64,000 nt of DNA, from the NCBI GenBank assembly GCA_965248925.1, contig CBDFLE010000006.1, positions 4,352,001 through 4,416,000 of the forward strand, given 5' to 3'. The position numbers and the translations under genes were made by a program. The number at the start of each line of letters is the position of its first letter. Position 1 is the stretch's first letter. Below, piece after piece: positions 19,947 to 29,347 of the stretch. The stretch comes from Candidatus Multivoradales bacterium. GTDB taxonomy: Bacteria; Acidobacteriota; Thermoanaerobaculia; Multivoradales; J023. Under the pieces are notes generated by a model. It was not told where the DNA came from and made no database searches. It saw only the letters and a program-made list of their open reading frames with translations.

Positions 19947-21321
19947 ACTCATAATGTGCCTGGCACCTCTTCTGGCAGATTCACTGAAGCAAAAGGCTAG
20001 AGCAGCCCTTGCGAATAAGAGATACAAAGATGCCGGGGAACTGTACGAACGGCTTCTAGAATTCCAGATCGAGAACTTTGGAGAAGAAGATATCCAAACG
20101 GCTACGACGCTCAATAACTTAGCCGCGTCTAACGAAGCGCAGGGTCGCTACGAGAGTGCCGAAGCCCTGTATCACCGAGCGCTGGAGATCCGGGAACACC
20201 TTCTCGGGCCAGATCACCCCGAGGTGGCGACGACACTGAACAACCTTGCTGCCCTTTACGAAGCGCAGGGTCGCTACGACAGCGCTGAAGACCTGTACCA
20301 CCGGGCGCTGGAGATTCGGAAACGCCTTTTCGGTCCAGACCACCCCGAGGTGGCGACGACACTGAACAACCTTGCTGCCCTTTACGAAGCGCAGGGTCGC
20401 TACGACAGTGCTGAAGCCCTGTACCACCGGGCGCTGGAGATTCGGGAACTCCTTCTCGGTCCAGACCATCCCGAAGTGGCGACGACGCTGAACAACCTTG
20501 CTGCCCTTTACGAAGCGCAGGGTCGCTACGAGAGTGCCGAAGCCCTGTATCACCGAGCGCTGGAGATTCGGGAACGCCTTCTCGGTCCAGACCACCCCGA
20601 AGTGGCGACGACACTGAACAACGTTGCTGCCCTTTACGAAGCGCAGGGTCGCTACGAGAGTGCCGAGGCCCTGTATCACCGAGCGCTGAAGATTCGGGAA
20701 CGCCTTCTCGGTCCAGACCACCCCGAAGTGGCGACGATACTGAACAACCTTGCTGCCCTTTACGAAGTGCAGGGTCGCTACGAGAGTGCCGAGGCCCTGT
20801 ATCACCGAGCGCTGAAGATTCGGGAACGCCTTCTCGGTCCAGACCACCCCGAAGTGGCGACGACGCTGAACAACCTTGCTGCCCTTTACGAAGCGCAGGA
20901 TCGCTACGAGAGTGCCGAAGCCCTGTATCACCGAGCGCTGGAGATTCGGGAACGCCTTCTCGGTCCAGACCACCCCGAAGTGGCGACGACACTGAACAAC
21001 CTTGCTGCCCTTCACGAAGCGCAGGGTCGCTACGAGAGTGCCGAAGCCCTGTATCACCGAGCGCTGGAGATTCGGGAACGCCTCATCGGCCCAGACCACC
21101 CTGATGTAGCTGTATTGCTTAACAATCTGGCTGGCTTATCCGCCAAAATCGGCCAACTAGATAGAGCAAATATGTTATATGACCGAGGTTTGGCAATTAT
21201 GAGAAAAGTGTTCGGAGACAACCACCGAAACACTGCGATAATACGTGCGAATAGACTTGCGTTGCAGTCGTCAGCACCTAACAAAGGCATACAGCGGACC
21301 CGCGAAGACGCGGGCCGCTGA
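19510..21321 (+). CDS. Chimeric ORF: M28 peptidase N-terminus with lipoprotein signal fused in frame to a TPR array
   Basis: Matches 31465-32907 up to EVVEFP, then LIMCLAPLL (27-bp site), then 42-aa TPR repeats. Confidence 0.8.
   Translation: [603 protein letters not shown]
19948..19974 (+). repeat. 27-bp junction repeat, copy A
   Basis: CTCATAATGTGCCTGGCACCTCTTCTG, identical to 21530-21556; core palindrome GTGCC-T-GGCAC. Confidence 0.95.
20100..21130 (+). repeat. Tandem 126-bp coding repeats (42-aa TPR), about 8 copies
   Basis: [42 protein letters not shown] repeated with near nucleotide identity. Confidence 0.95.
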
Positions 21322-21336
21322 TGCCTAACGTTAGGT
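21276..21336 (+). mobile_element. Integron attC site
   Basis: ACCTAAC (RYYYAAC) ... GTTAGGT (GTTRRRY) enclosing the imperfect palindrome GGCATACAGCGGACCCGCG/CGCGGGCCGCTGATGCC with unpaired bases; overlaps the TPR stop. Confidence 0.85.
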
Positions 21337-21409
21337 GTCGCAGAGACACCCGCTAAGCGAAGCCGACGCACCGAATCTCAGGGTGCAAGAAACTGCCTGA
21401 ACAGTGAGC

Positions 21410-21559
21410 ATGCGAGACCCACTCCTCTTCGTGTCCTACTCTCGCGCTGACTCGGATCGCGTCGTTCCACTCGTAGATGCGCTAGGGACTCAAGGGATCC
21501 CGTGTTGGCAGGATCGTCGTGAGATACCGCTCATAATGTGCCTGGCACCTCTTCTGTAG
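21410..21559 (+). pseudogene. Truncated TIR-domain 5' fragment
   Basis: MRDPLLFVSYSRADSDRVVPLVDALGTQGIPCWQDRREIP (FxSYSxxD...WxD TIR start), then LIMCLAPLL* from the 27-bp site. Confidence 0.75.
21530..21556 (+). repeat. 27-bp junction repeat, copy B
   Basis: Identical to 19948-19974. Confidence 0.95.
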
Positions 21560-21776
21560 CAGAACGCGATGACGTTCTCGTCGACCGTGGTACTTTTCTG
21601 CATGGCGTAACCTCCTTTCGCCGTTCTGGCGAAGTCATTTGCTGATTGGAGGTTACGCCATTTTCAGAAACTCTACAGGACGCGGGACGGATCCACTTAC
21701 GCTCAATGCTTGCTCTCCTGATCCGCAAGATGCCCGGCACTAATTCCCGACGTTAGTGGGAAGTATCCTTCAGGCC

Positions 21777-24218
21777 TCAGCGAGAACGCAAGGTCTCGCT
21801 CGGCGACAGCGTGCTCAGGCTGCGGGCCGGACGGTAGTAGGCTAAGAACGCGGTCACGAAGGTCAGCATCGGCACGACGCTGAAGACCAGCGCATCGCGG
21901 GTACCGATCTCGTACACCAGGCTGGCCAGGGCACGCTCGGCGTAGAGGGCGAGGCCGAGGCCAGAAACGGTGCCGATCAGGCTGACGACGAACCCCTGCT
22001 TGGCGATCAAGGTGAAGACCTGCCGCGGTGTTGCGCCCAGCGCCATCCGGATACCCGCCTCGCGCTGGCGCAGCTCGGCGAGGCATCGCATGACGCCATA
22101 GGTACCGATTTGGGTGAGAAAGAGGGCGATTGCGGCGAACACGCTCACCAGCAACAAGCTGAATCGCTGGGGAGCGATGGCCCTGCTGTAGGTCCGCTCC
22201 AGTGTGGTCCCGTTGGCCAAGGGTACCTCCGGATCGAGGCTGCGAAGCACGCTGCGCAGGGAGGGCATGAGCGCCAGGGGGTCGTCCAGGTCGGTCTTGA
22301 TAGCCAGAGTGGTGAACATGTAGCAGCGCTGCTGGTACGGCAGGTAGATGTAGGGCCGGGCGGTCTCCTCGAAAACGTCCTGCTGCACCGTGCCGACCAC
22401 GCCGACCACGGTCAGCGGGTCGTCGCTGGCGATGCGGATCGTCTGGCCGAGCGGTTCCTCGCCGCGGAAGTACTGCTGCACCATCCGCTGGTCGATGATC
22501 GCCACCAGCGGCATGTCGGCGGTATCTGTGGCCTGGAGCAGTCGGCCTTGCAAGAGCGGGATGCCGAGTGTTTCGAAGTACTCGGCGTTCACCAGTCCAA
22601 GATTGGCCGACTGTCTCTCACCAGCCTCAAGGGGCGTTCGGCCGTCGATCCTGAAACCGTTGGATGGGTTGACCCCGGTCAGTGGCAGACCATAGTTCAT
22701 GCCGGCCGAGGTCACCCCCGGCACGGCCCGCACCTCCTGGAGCAACGCCTGCAAAAAAGCGACTTTGCGGCCGGTGTCTCGATACCGCGAGAAGGGCAGG
22801 AAGAGTTCGAAGGTGACCACCTTCTCCACCGCAAAGCCGAGATCGGCGTGCGACAGCCGCACGAAGCTCCGCGCCGACAGGCCCATGCCGATCAAAAGTG
22901 TCGTGGTCAGCGCGATCTGGCTGACGACGAGAAGGCTGAGCGCCAACCTAGAGCGTCGGGTGAGCTTCGCGCGCCCCTCGCGCAAACCGGCCGCGGCGTC
23001 GATCCGGCTGGCGCGCACGGCCGGCAGCAGTCCGGAGAGCAGACCGGCGATCAGCGACACGACCAGAGTGAAGGCCACTATCCGGCCGCCCAGGGCCGGC
23101 GCGTAGCTGTGCAAGACGTTCACCGGTGCCAGTACGAGCAACAGGCGGTTGGCGGCATAGGCGACGGGCAAGGCCAGCGCTCCGCCGAGGAGGGCGACGA
23201 CGACGCTCTCGAGCAGTGAGCGGGCGACGATGCGCCCCCGGCTGGCGCCGAGCGCGAGACGGACGGCGACGTCCTGCTGCACGGCCTGGCCGCGGGCCAT
23301 GAGCAGTATGGCGAGATTGGTGCAGGCGATCAGCAAGACGAAGCTGGTGGCCGCCCACAGCGCCAGCAACACCGGCCGCAGCGGCGTGAAGATCTGATCG
23401 CGCAGCGACACGACCTGGAGGTCGAAGCCTTGGTCGCTGGCTGGATACTGCACCGCCGCCTGCTCGGCATAGGCACTGGCTTCGGCCTGCGCCACGGCGA
23501 CGCTGGTGCCGGGCTGCAATCGTGCCATGGTGACAAGGCTGTGGAAGCCTCTCTCGTGCTCTTGCTCGCCCAGGCGCAGCGTCGCCCAGAGATCGACCGG
23601 CGGCGACAGGCGTGGGTCGGACGCGGCCAGACTCTCGGTGAAGCGAAAGTCGTCGGGCAGCACGCCGACCACGGCGTACTCTCGGCGGCCGAGGCGCAGC
23701 TTCCTGCCGAGCACTTCCGGATCGCCTCCGAGCTGCTGCTGCCAATAGCGGTGGCTGATGACCACCACCCGATCGGCATCTGGCCTAACGTCTTCCGGTC
23801 CCAAGGGGCGTCCGCGCACCGTTCGGATCCGCAAAAGAGGGAAGAAGTCACCGGTCACCGACAGCAGGTGGACACGTCGCGGCTCGCCCTCGCTGGTCAC
23901 CGTCACCTGCTCCGAGACCAGCGCCGCAATCCGCTCGAAGCTGGTGGCTGAAGTGTGCAGATCGGTGAACACGCCGGGCGGTAACGGCAATCGGGCAGGC
24001 GGCTGGGGCTGGTCGCTCGGCACAGCCACCCGCCAGATCATCACCAGGCGCTCGGCTGCCTCGTAGGGCAGCGAGGATAGTAGGAAGCGATCGATCAGGG
24101 AGAACATCGCCGTCGACGCGCCGATGCTGATCGCCAGCGTGGTCGCGGCAACCACCACGAAGGGCCCACGGCGGCGCAGGCCGCGCACGGTGGCCCCGAA
24201 CTCGCCGAGCAGGCTCAT
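21777..24218 (-). CDS. ADOP-family duplicated MacB/FtsX-type ABC permease
   Basis: TLAISIGASTAMFS, LLIACTNLAILL, VRLALGASRGRI, LLVVSQIAL, GIRMALGA; ATG overlaps the upstream stop (ATGA). Confidence 0.88.
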   Translation of the reverse strand: MSLLGEFGATVRGLRRRGPFVVVAATTLAISIGASTAMFSLIDRFLLSSLPYEAAERLVMIWRVAVPSDQPQPPARLPLPPGVFTDLHTSATSFERIAALVSEQVTVTSEGEPRRVHLLSVTGDFFPLLRIRTVRGRPLGPEDVRPDADRVVVISHRYWQQQLGGDPEVLGRKLRLGRREYAVVGVLPDDFRFTESLAASDPRLSPPVDLWATLRLGEQEHERGFHSLVTMARLQPGTSVAVAQAEASAYAEQAAVQYPASDQGFDLQVVSLRDQIFTPLRPVLLALWAATSFVLLIACTNLAILLMARGQAVQQDVAVRLALGASRGRIVARSLLESVVVALLGGALALPVAYAANRLLLVLAPVNVLHSYAPALGGRIVAFTLVVSLIAGLLSGLLPAVRASRIDAAAGLREGRAKLTRRSRLALSLLVVSQIALTTTLLIGMGLSARSFVRLSHADLGFAVEKVVTFELFLPFSRYRDTGRKVAFLQALLQEVRAVPGVTSAGMNYGLPLTGVNPSNGFRIDGRTPLEAGERQSANLGLVNAEYFETLGIPLLQGRLLQATDTADMPLVAIIDQRMVQQYFRGEEPLGQTIRIASDDPLTVVGVVGTVQQDVFEETARPYIYLPYQQRCYMFTTLAIKTDLDDPLALMPSLRSVLRSLDPEVPLANGTTLERTYSRAIAPQRFSLLLVSVFAAIALFLTQIGTYGVMRCLAELRQREAGIRMALGATPRQVFTLIAKQGFVVSLIGTVSGLGLALYAERALASLVYEIGTRDALVFSVVPMLTFVTAFLAYYRPARSLSTLSPSETLRSR

Positions 24219-25867
24219 CGCGGCTCTCCCACGGCGGGTGGCATCGCCGCAAGGAAGGGTCGCCAAGAGGCTGGAGTCGCCTCGCCCGCGGGCGGGTCGA
24301 GGTCTAGCAGACGGTCGAAGCGGTCGTGGAACTCGTCGTCGCCGTGCATGATTACCATCAAGGTCTTGCCCTGCGTGGATTCGAGAATGGCGTGCATCAC
24401 GGGGCCTTTGCTGGCGACGTCGATGCCTGCCAATGGCTCGTCAATGATATACACATCCGCCGTTTTGAGCAGGGCCATCAACACCTCAAGCCGTTTACGC
24501 TGACCGGCGGAAAGCTCAGAGGGTTTCTTATCCAGAATTTCGCCGATACCCAGGTCACTCGACAGTTGCTCAAGGCGAACCTGCTGCTCCGAGCCGACGA
24601 AAGAAAGGTTGTCGCGCACCGTCCCCGGAATGAAGTCGTGGGGCAAGACCACGGCGCTGATCCGATCCAGCGGGTAGGTGGTAGTGACCCCGCTGGTCGG
24701 CTGCAGCAGACCGCAGATGAGGTGCGCGAGAGTGCTTTTGCCGCTGCCGTTGGCGCCGATGATGAGAATGCGCTCCCCCGGCTCGGGTGCGAGTGTGAGA
24801 TCCGAGAACACCTGATGATTGGTGTAGCCGAAGTCGATATGGTCGAGCTCGATCCGGTGCCCGTAGCGTACCTTCGGGAGGTCGACTTCCAGTGCCTCGA
24901 ACTCCCGCAGGCGCTCAGCCATGCCGCTGGCGCGCGACAGCTCGGGCACCAGCCCGAACACCCCGCGCACCGCCCCCATGACGGCCCAGAACGCGCTCAT
25001 AAAGCCCACGTAGCCGCCGAACGTCATGCGGCCGCTGAGGATTTCGTAGCCGGCAGCAACAATCGCGATATTCTCGACATAGGACATGAAGATGCCGCTC
25101 AGCATCTCGTAGCGGCTGGAGGTCTTGAAGCGCGCGAAGAACGCGTTGATGTATTCGCGAACCTGATCGCTCACCTTGCGCTGAGCTTGAGCCTCCAACT
25201 GGAAGATACGTGCCGTCTTATAAGAGCCCACCGCGCGCTCCAACACGCCGCGGACCTTCGCCTCCTCCTCCTGCTCCGCCATCGACTCGCGCTTGATCTT
25301 GTTGCCGTACTTCTGTGACAGGACATAGAGTACGGGCACGGCGATCAGCACCATCAGCGTGGCCCGCACGGAGATCGACAGGGCCACCGTAAGGGCGACA
25401 ACCAGCGTCACGAGCATGTTGCTCATCATTAGGGTGGTATCGATGACCAGCGCCGCGGTGGCCGAGACCTCGTCGAAGATGCGTGACAGGAAGTAGCCGC
25501 GGTCACGCTGGATCACTTCGCCGTAGGGAATCTTGTAGTACTTCCGAAGCATACTCTCGCTGAGCTGCGCGAAGACCGCGTTCTTCAGCCGCTGGGTATA
25601 GAGGCGGTAGACGAAAACACCCACCCGCCAGAGGGTGAAGATCGCAACGAAGCCGACGCTGATCAAGGCAAAGCGTTGAAAATTCTGCCGGATAATGCCC
25701 TCGTCGAAGAGATACTTTAGAGCGAGCGGGTTGGCCGCGCTGACGAAACCGTTGGACAGCAGCCCGAATAACAAGCAGGCGACGAACCAGCGCCGATTGC
25801 CGCGGACGGTGTACGTGAGGATGTCGAGCCAGTGGGCGATGGGGATCTTGATTTTCTTGTCCGTCAT
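24215..25867 (-). CDS. ABC exporter (TM + ATPase), LanT-like
   Basis: N-terminal TM helices; GANGSGKST, LSAGQRKR, IIDEP; directly downstream of lanKC. Confidence 0.88.
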   Translation of the reverse strand: MTDKKIKIPIAHWLDILTYTVRGNRRWFVACLLFGLLSNGFVSAANPLALKYLFDEGIIRQNFQRFALISVGFVAIFTLWRVGVFVYRLYTQRLKNAVFAQLSESMLRKYYKIPYGEVIQRDRGYFLSRIFDEVSATAALVIDTTLMMSNMLVTLVVALTVALSISVRATLMVLIAVPVLYVLSQKYGNKIKRESMAEQEEEAKVRGVLERAVGSYKTARIFQLEAQAQRKVSDQVREYINAFFARFKTSSRYEMLSGIFMSYVENIAIVAAGYEILSGRMTFGGYVGFMSAFWAVMGAVRGVFGLVPELSRASGMAERLREFEALEVDLPKVRYGHRIELDHIDFGYTNHQVFSDLTLAPEPGERILIIGANGSGKSTLAHLICGLLQPTSGVTTTYPLDRISAVVLPHDFIPGTVRDNLSFVGSEQQVRLEQLSSDLGIGEILDKKPSELSAGQRKRLEVLMALLKTADVYIIDEPLAGIDVASKGPVMHAILESTQGKTLMVIMHGDDEFHDRFDRLLDLDPPAGEATPASWRPFLAAMPPAVGEPR

Positions 25868-25956
25868 TGCGGGCCGCGCATGGAAGCCATAGTGAAGGCC
25901 CGTGCCGGGCCGAGATGCTCTTCGCTCATCACTTGCCGAGGCAGCGGGCACCTGCG

Positions 25957-28679
25957 CTAGGGCGCCAACGCCAGCAGCTCCGCGTCGGTGCCCGCCGACC
26001 GGGTCGTGAGCAGCTCGTCGACCACCAGAGGGGTCGGACCACCGTGAATCAAGCGGTGATAGAAACGCCCGACGCCGACGCTTCCCGTGGCCAGGTCACA
26101 GCAGATCTTGTTGAGAAAATCGCCGGGAAATGCCAGCCCCTCCGGCCGTTCGATCCGGAACAGAGACAGGCCGGTGGCGACCCGATACGCGGCCTCGCGG
26201 AAGCGCGCTTCACCGGTGAAGTGATGAAAATCTAGCAGGGTTTCGCCGAGGCCGGTCAAGCCGATGAAGAGGCCTGGAAATACCGCGTATTTGCGCTCCA
26301 GATCGAGGAAGATCTTCTCGAGGTACTCCCCGTAGCGTTCGGGTCCCAGCAGGCTGTAGTAGCGGATCAAGGCCATGCCGACCCCGGCGCTGCCATGCTT
26401 CCAGTAAGGGTAGATGATGCTGTGGTCGTCGTCCTGCCGGCGCCAGGACAATCCGCCGTCGGGCGTTTCGACACCCGAGCTCAGGTCGTAGTCGAGAGCC
26501 TTGATCCCGGCGTCAAGCAACTCCTCGCGACCGCAGGCACAGTAGAGGTACAAGAGGAACAGGCTAATGCCGCTACCACCGTGGGCTAGACCGAGCGAAA
26601 TGACCCCGTCGGTCTTCCCAGTACAGGCCCTTCTCGCTCGTCTGCGCTGCGGCCAGCAGATGCTCACCGGCGGCGATCGCCTTGCCCAGATAGAAATCGT
26701 CGTCGAGGGCCAGAAAGAACTTGAGATTGGCCATGCCCCAACCGGCGGCGCCATGGAAGAAATCGTAGGCGGTGCCATCGCTCTTGGTGACCAGCGGATG
26801 TTCGTGGCAACGGGCCATGATCCGCCGCGCGGGTTCCGTTCGGCCCAGGTCGATCAGGGCCCAGGCGATGCCCGAGAGCCCGGCGTAGAGCCCTGGAGGA
26901 TAAGTGTCGCGGTCGCTGGTCGGTTGCAAGATCCAGTCGAGAACCCGATCCGGTACCGCGCGTCCCATGGTGTGCATTGCGTGGGCGACGCCGCACGCAC
27001 CGTAGGCCAGGCTGAGCGGGTTGGAGTGGAAGACCTCGGCGAAGGCCGGGAACAGACGGTCCTTGCGATCGTAGTCGGCAAGTGCGAGACAGTAGTCACA
27101 CACGCGGTCGATGGTCTCCTGGTAGGTGGGGTTGGCGCTTTCATCATCCACTTGGATGGACGGCGGACGCAGGGTGTACTCGCCCTCCAGGACCTCGATC
27201 ACTTGCTGCGGCTTGGGCCGGCTACCGAAATCGTTCTCGATCAACGCCACGATCATCTCGTGGACCTCGCGCGGGAAACCGATGTCCTCGACCGCCGAGC
27301 GCAAGAAAGTGAACCGTGAACGGGGGGCGATGGCGAAAATCTGATTGAACGGCGCCAGGAAGTAGTGCATCACCGCACCGAGGGAGAAGTAATCGCTCTC
27401 GAAGTTAGACACCTCGCCGTACACCTGGTCGCGGTAGGCAAAGCCAGGCGTGTAGAGGAAGGCGGGCTTGTCGACACCGAGTTCGGAGGCACCTTCGAAG
27501 TCGATAATGCGCACTCGCAGCGGCTCGGTGAGGACGATGACGTTGTTGGGAGAAAGATCAGAGAAGACGATGCCGTGCTCGTGCAAGATCCTCACTATCT
27601 GGGCAAGCTGCACGAAGATCGCCCGGAAGTCGGCAAAGAACTTCGCCGTGTCCTCGAGCGTCGGCCGAGTCCGCAGGGTGACGTTGTTGATCGCGGAGAA
27701 CGTGGTGAGAGAAACCCCTTGGATGAACTCCTGCACCAGGAAGTAATGTTCCCAATCCTGGAACAGGTCGATCGGCTTCGGCGCTACGTTGGCGCCGGTC
27801 GCCGCGACCAGGGAAAGAATGCGGTACTCCTTCTTGAGCTAGGGAGATGGAGTCCTCGGTGTAGGTGACGAAAGGCCGCGCCTCCTTGATCACCACTTCC
27901 TCACCGGTCTCGGTGTCGTCGGCGATGTAGACTCCGCCCGAGTTGGAGTAGCCCAGCACATTCTTGACCAGATAGCGGCCGTCCTTGAGCGCGATGCGAC
28001 CTTCTTCGTCCTGGTAGTCAGGCTCGTGCTTGAGGTCGTCCGCGAAGGGGTCGCGCGCCCAGCTCGGGACGTGGAAGTAGGGCCGCCGCTCGTCGGGGAC
28101 CATCTCGCCGGACGGCGAGATCAGCATCGGGGTCTGTTCGCCCCTGGCGTTCGCCACCGCGATCCGCCGGATTCCCCCATAGCGATAGAACAGGATCTTG
28201 CTGTCCTTGTAGCGCCGGTCGGAAAGGATGTAGATGCCTTCGAACGCCCTTGTGACTGCGTGCAGATCGGCGAGCAGACGGAAGAACTCCGCCTCATCTA
28301 CGGGATAGATGGTCACGAACTTGCCGGCAGCCTGGCGTCCCCAGTTCTTGCTGTTCATCATACCCAGGATTTGCCGATCGAGAGCGAACTTGAAATCCAC
28401 GTCCTGCGCGTCAAGCACGGGAACGATCGCCTCAAGGATGTCGAGGGCGTTGGACAGCGCGCAGGACACATGGATCTTCCAGCCCTGACCGGGAAGATCG
28501 CGGGCCCGCCCTTCCGGCGGCGTGCAACCGAACCAGACCGCGCGCCGGTGGAAAGTCCAGGTGCCGGTAAGCATCTTGCGCACCGGCGCGAGAAAGTCAT
28601 CTTCGTTGACGTCGTACCGATCGACCGTCTCGTAGAAGAGCGGGTCGACAAAGGCCTCCAACGCGGTGACACGGCTCAT
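25957..28679 (-). pseudogene. lanKC: Class III lanthipeptide synthetase LanKC, split by two +1 frameshifts (~27840, ~26618)
   Basis: Lyase GWKIHVS, GKFVTIYP, SDRRY, YRYGG; kinase VVIKEAR, HGIVFSDLSPNN, IIDFE; cyclase YWKHGSAG, GLFIGLTG, DLATG without the Zn-ligand WCHG/CHG motifs. Confidence 0.88.
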
Positions 28680-28835
28680 CGATTCTCCTCAACCACGGGT
28701 GGTGAACCAGGGAAGAGCCAGAGATAGCCACAGACCCTGTCAGGTTGCGCTGCCAGGGCGTCGCATGGCATGAGCGCCACGAGACGCCGCCAGCCGCAAC
28801 GAGAACGCGGCCGGCGGGACGAGTTTCGGTCGCCG

Positions 28836-28991
28836 CTACCAGGCGAACAGACCTTTATTGTCTACACACTGGCTGCTCTGGGTTGAGCAGGCCGTGGTCG
28901 CCGACGAACAGTGGTTGCTCTCGCCGCTGAAGACAGCTTCAAGGCTAAGTGCGGTGCCGACAAGGCCTTGTAGTGAGAGGATCCTGTGCAT
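28836..28991 (-). CDS. Class III lanthipeptide precursor A2 (51 aa)
   Basis: RBS AAAGGAG; leader ILSLQ; core SGESNHC-SSATTAC-STQSSQC-VDNKGLFAW. Confidence 0.88.
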   Translation of the reverse strand: MHRILSLQGLVGTALSLEAVFSGESNHCSSATTACSTQSSQCVDNKGLFAW

Positions 28992-29191
28992 AAACGTGCT
29001 CCTTTGGGTTGTTGGGTTCCTGTCGCTCGAATCCGCCAAACCTTAGGGCGGCCCGAACTCCTGTTGGTGCCGTTTCCTTTTCTGGTCGGAAAACACCAGC
29101 AAACAAAGCGAGATCGGAGTTCCGATCCAGCTCTCGCCGCCGCCGGTGGCTGCAACGAAAATGCGGCCGGCGGGCCGGACTTCGGTCGCTG

Positions 29192-29347
29192 CTACCAGGC
29201 GAACAGACCCTTATTGTCTACACGCTGGTTGCTCTGGGTTGAGCAGGCCGTGGTCGCCGACGAGCAGTAGTTGCTCTGGTCGCTGTAGACAACTTCAAGG
29301 CTAAGTGCGGTGCCAATCAAGCCTTGCAATGCGAGGATCCTGTCCAT
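29192..29347 (-). CDS. Class III lanthipeptide precursor A1 (51 aa)
   Basis: RBS AAAGGAG; leader ILALQ; core SDQSNYC-SSATTAC-STQSNQR-VDNKGLFAW. Confidence 0.88.
   Translation of the reverse strand: MDRILALQGLIGTALSLEVVYSDQSNYCSSATTACSTQSNQRVDNKGLFAW

Noticed and set aside
19945-19974. 27-bp site as an Xer dif/pdif site (shares CATAATGT)
   Set aside because: No XerD arm (TTATGTTAAAT-like); the resemblance is limited to 8 bp.
20119-21099. Repetitive minus-strand ORFs (326 and 287 aa)
   Set aside because: Antisense shadows of the 126-bp TPR repeats.
19948-21556. 27-bp repeats as a CRISPR array
   Set aside because: Only two copies, 1582 bp apart, and no cas genes.
25957-28679. Three separate genes, a class IV LanL, or programmed frameshifting
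   Set aside because: The domains are contiguous after two single-base corrections, the cyclase lacks Zn-ligand motifs, and no slippery heptamer is seen at either shift.
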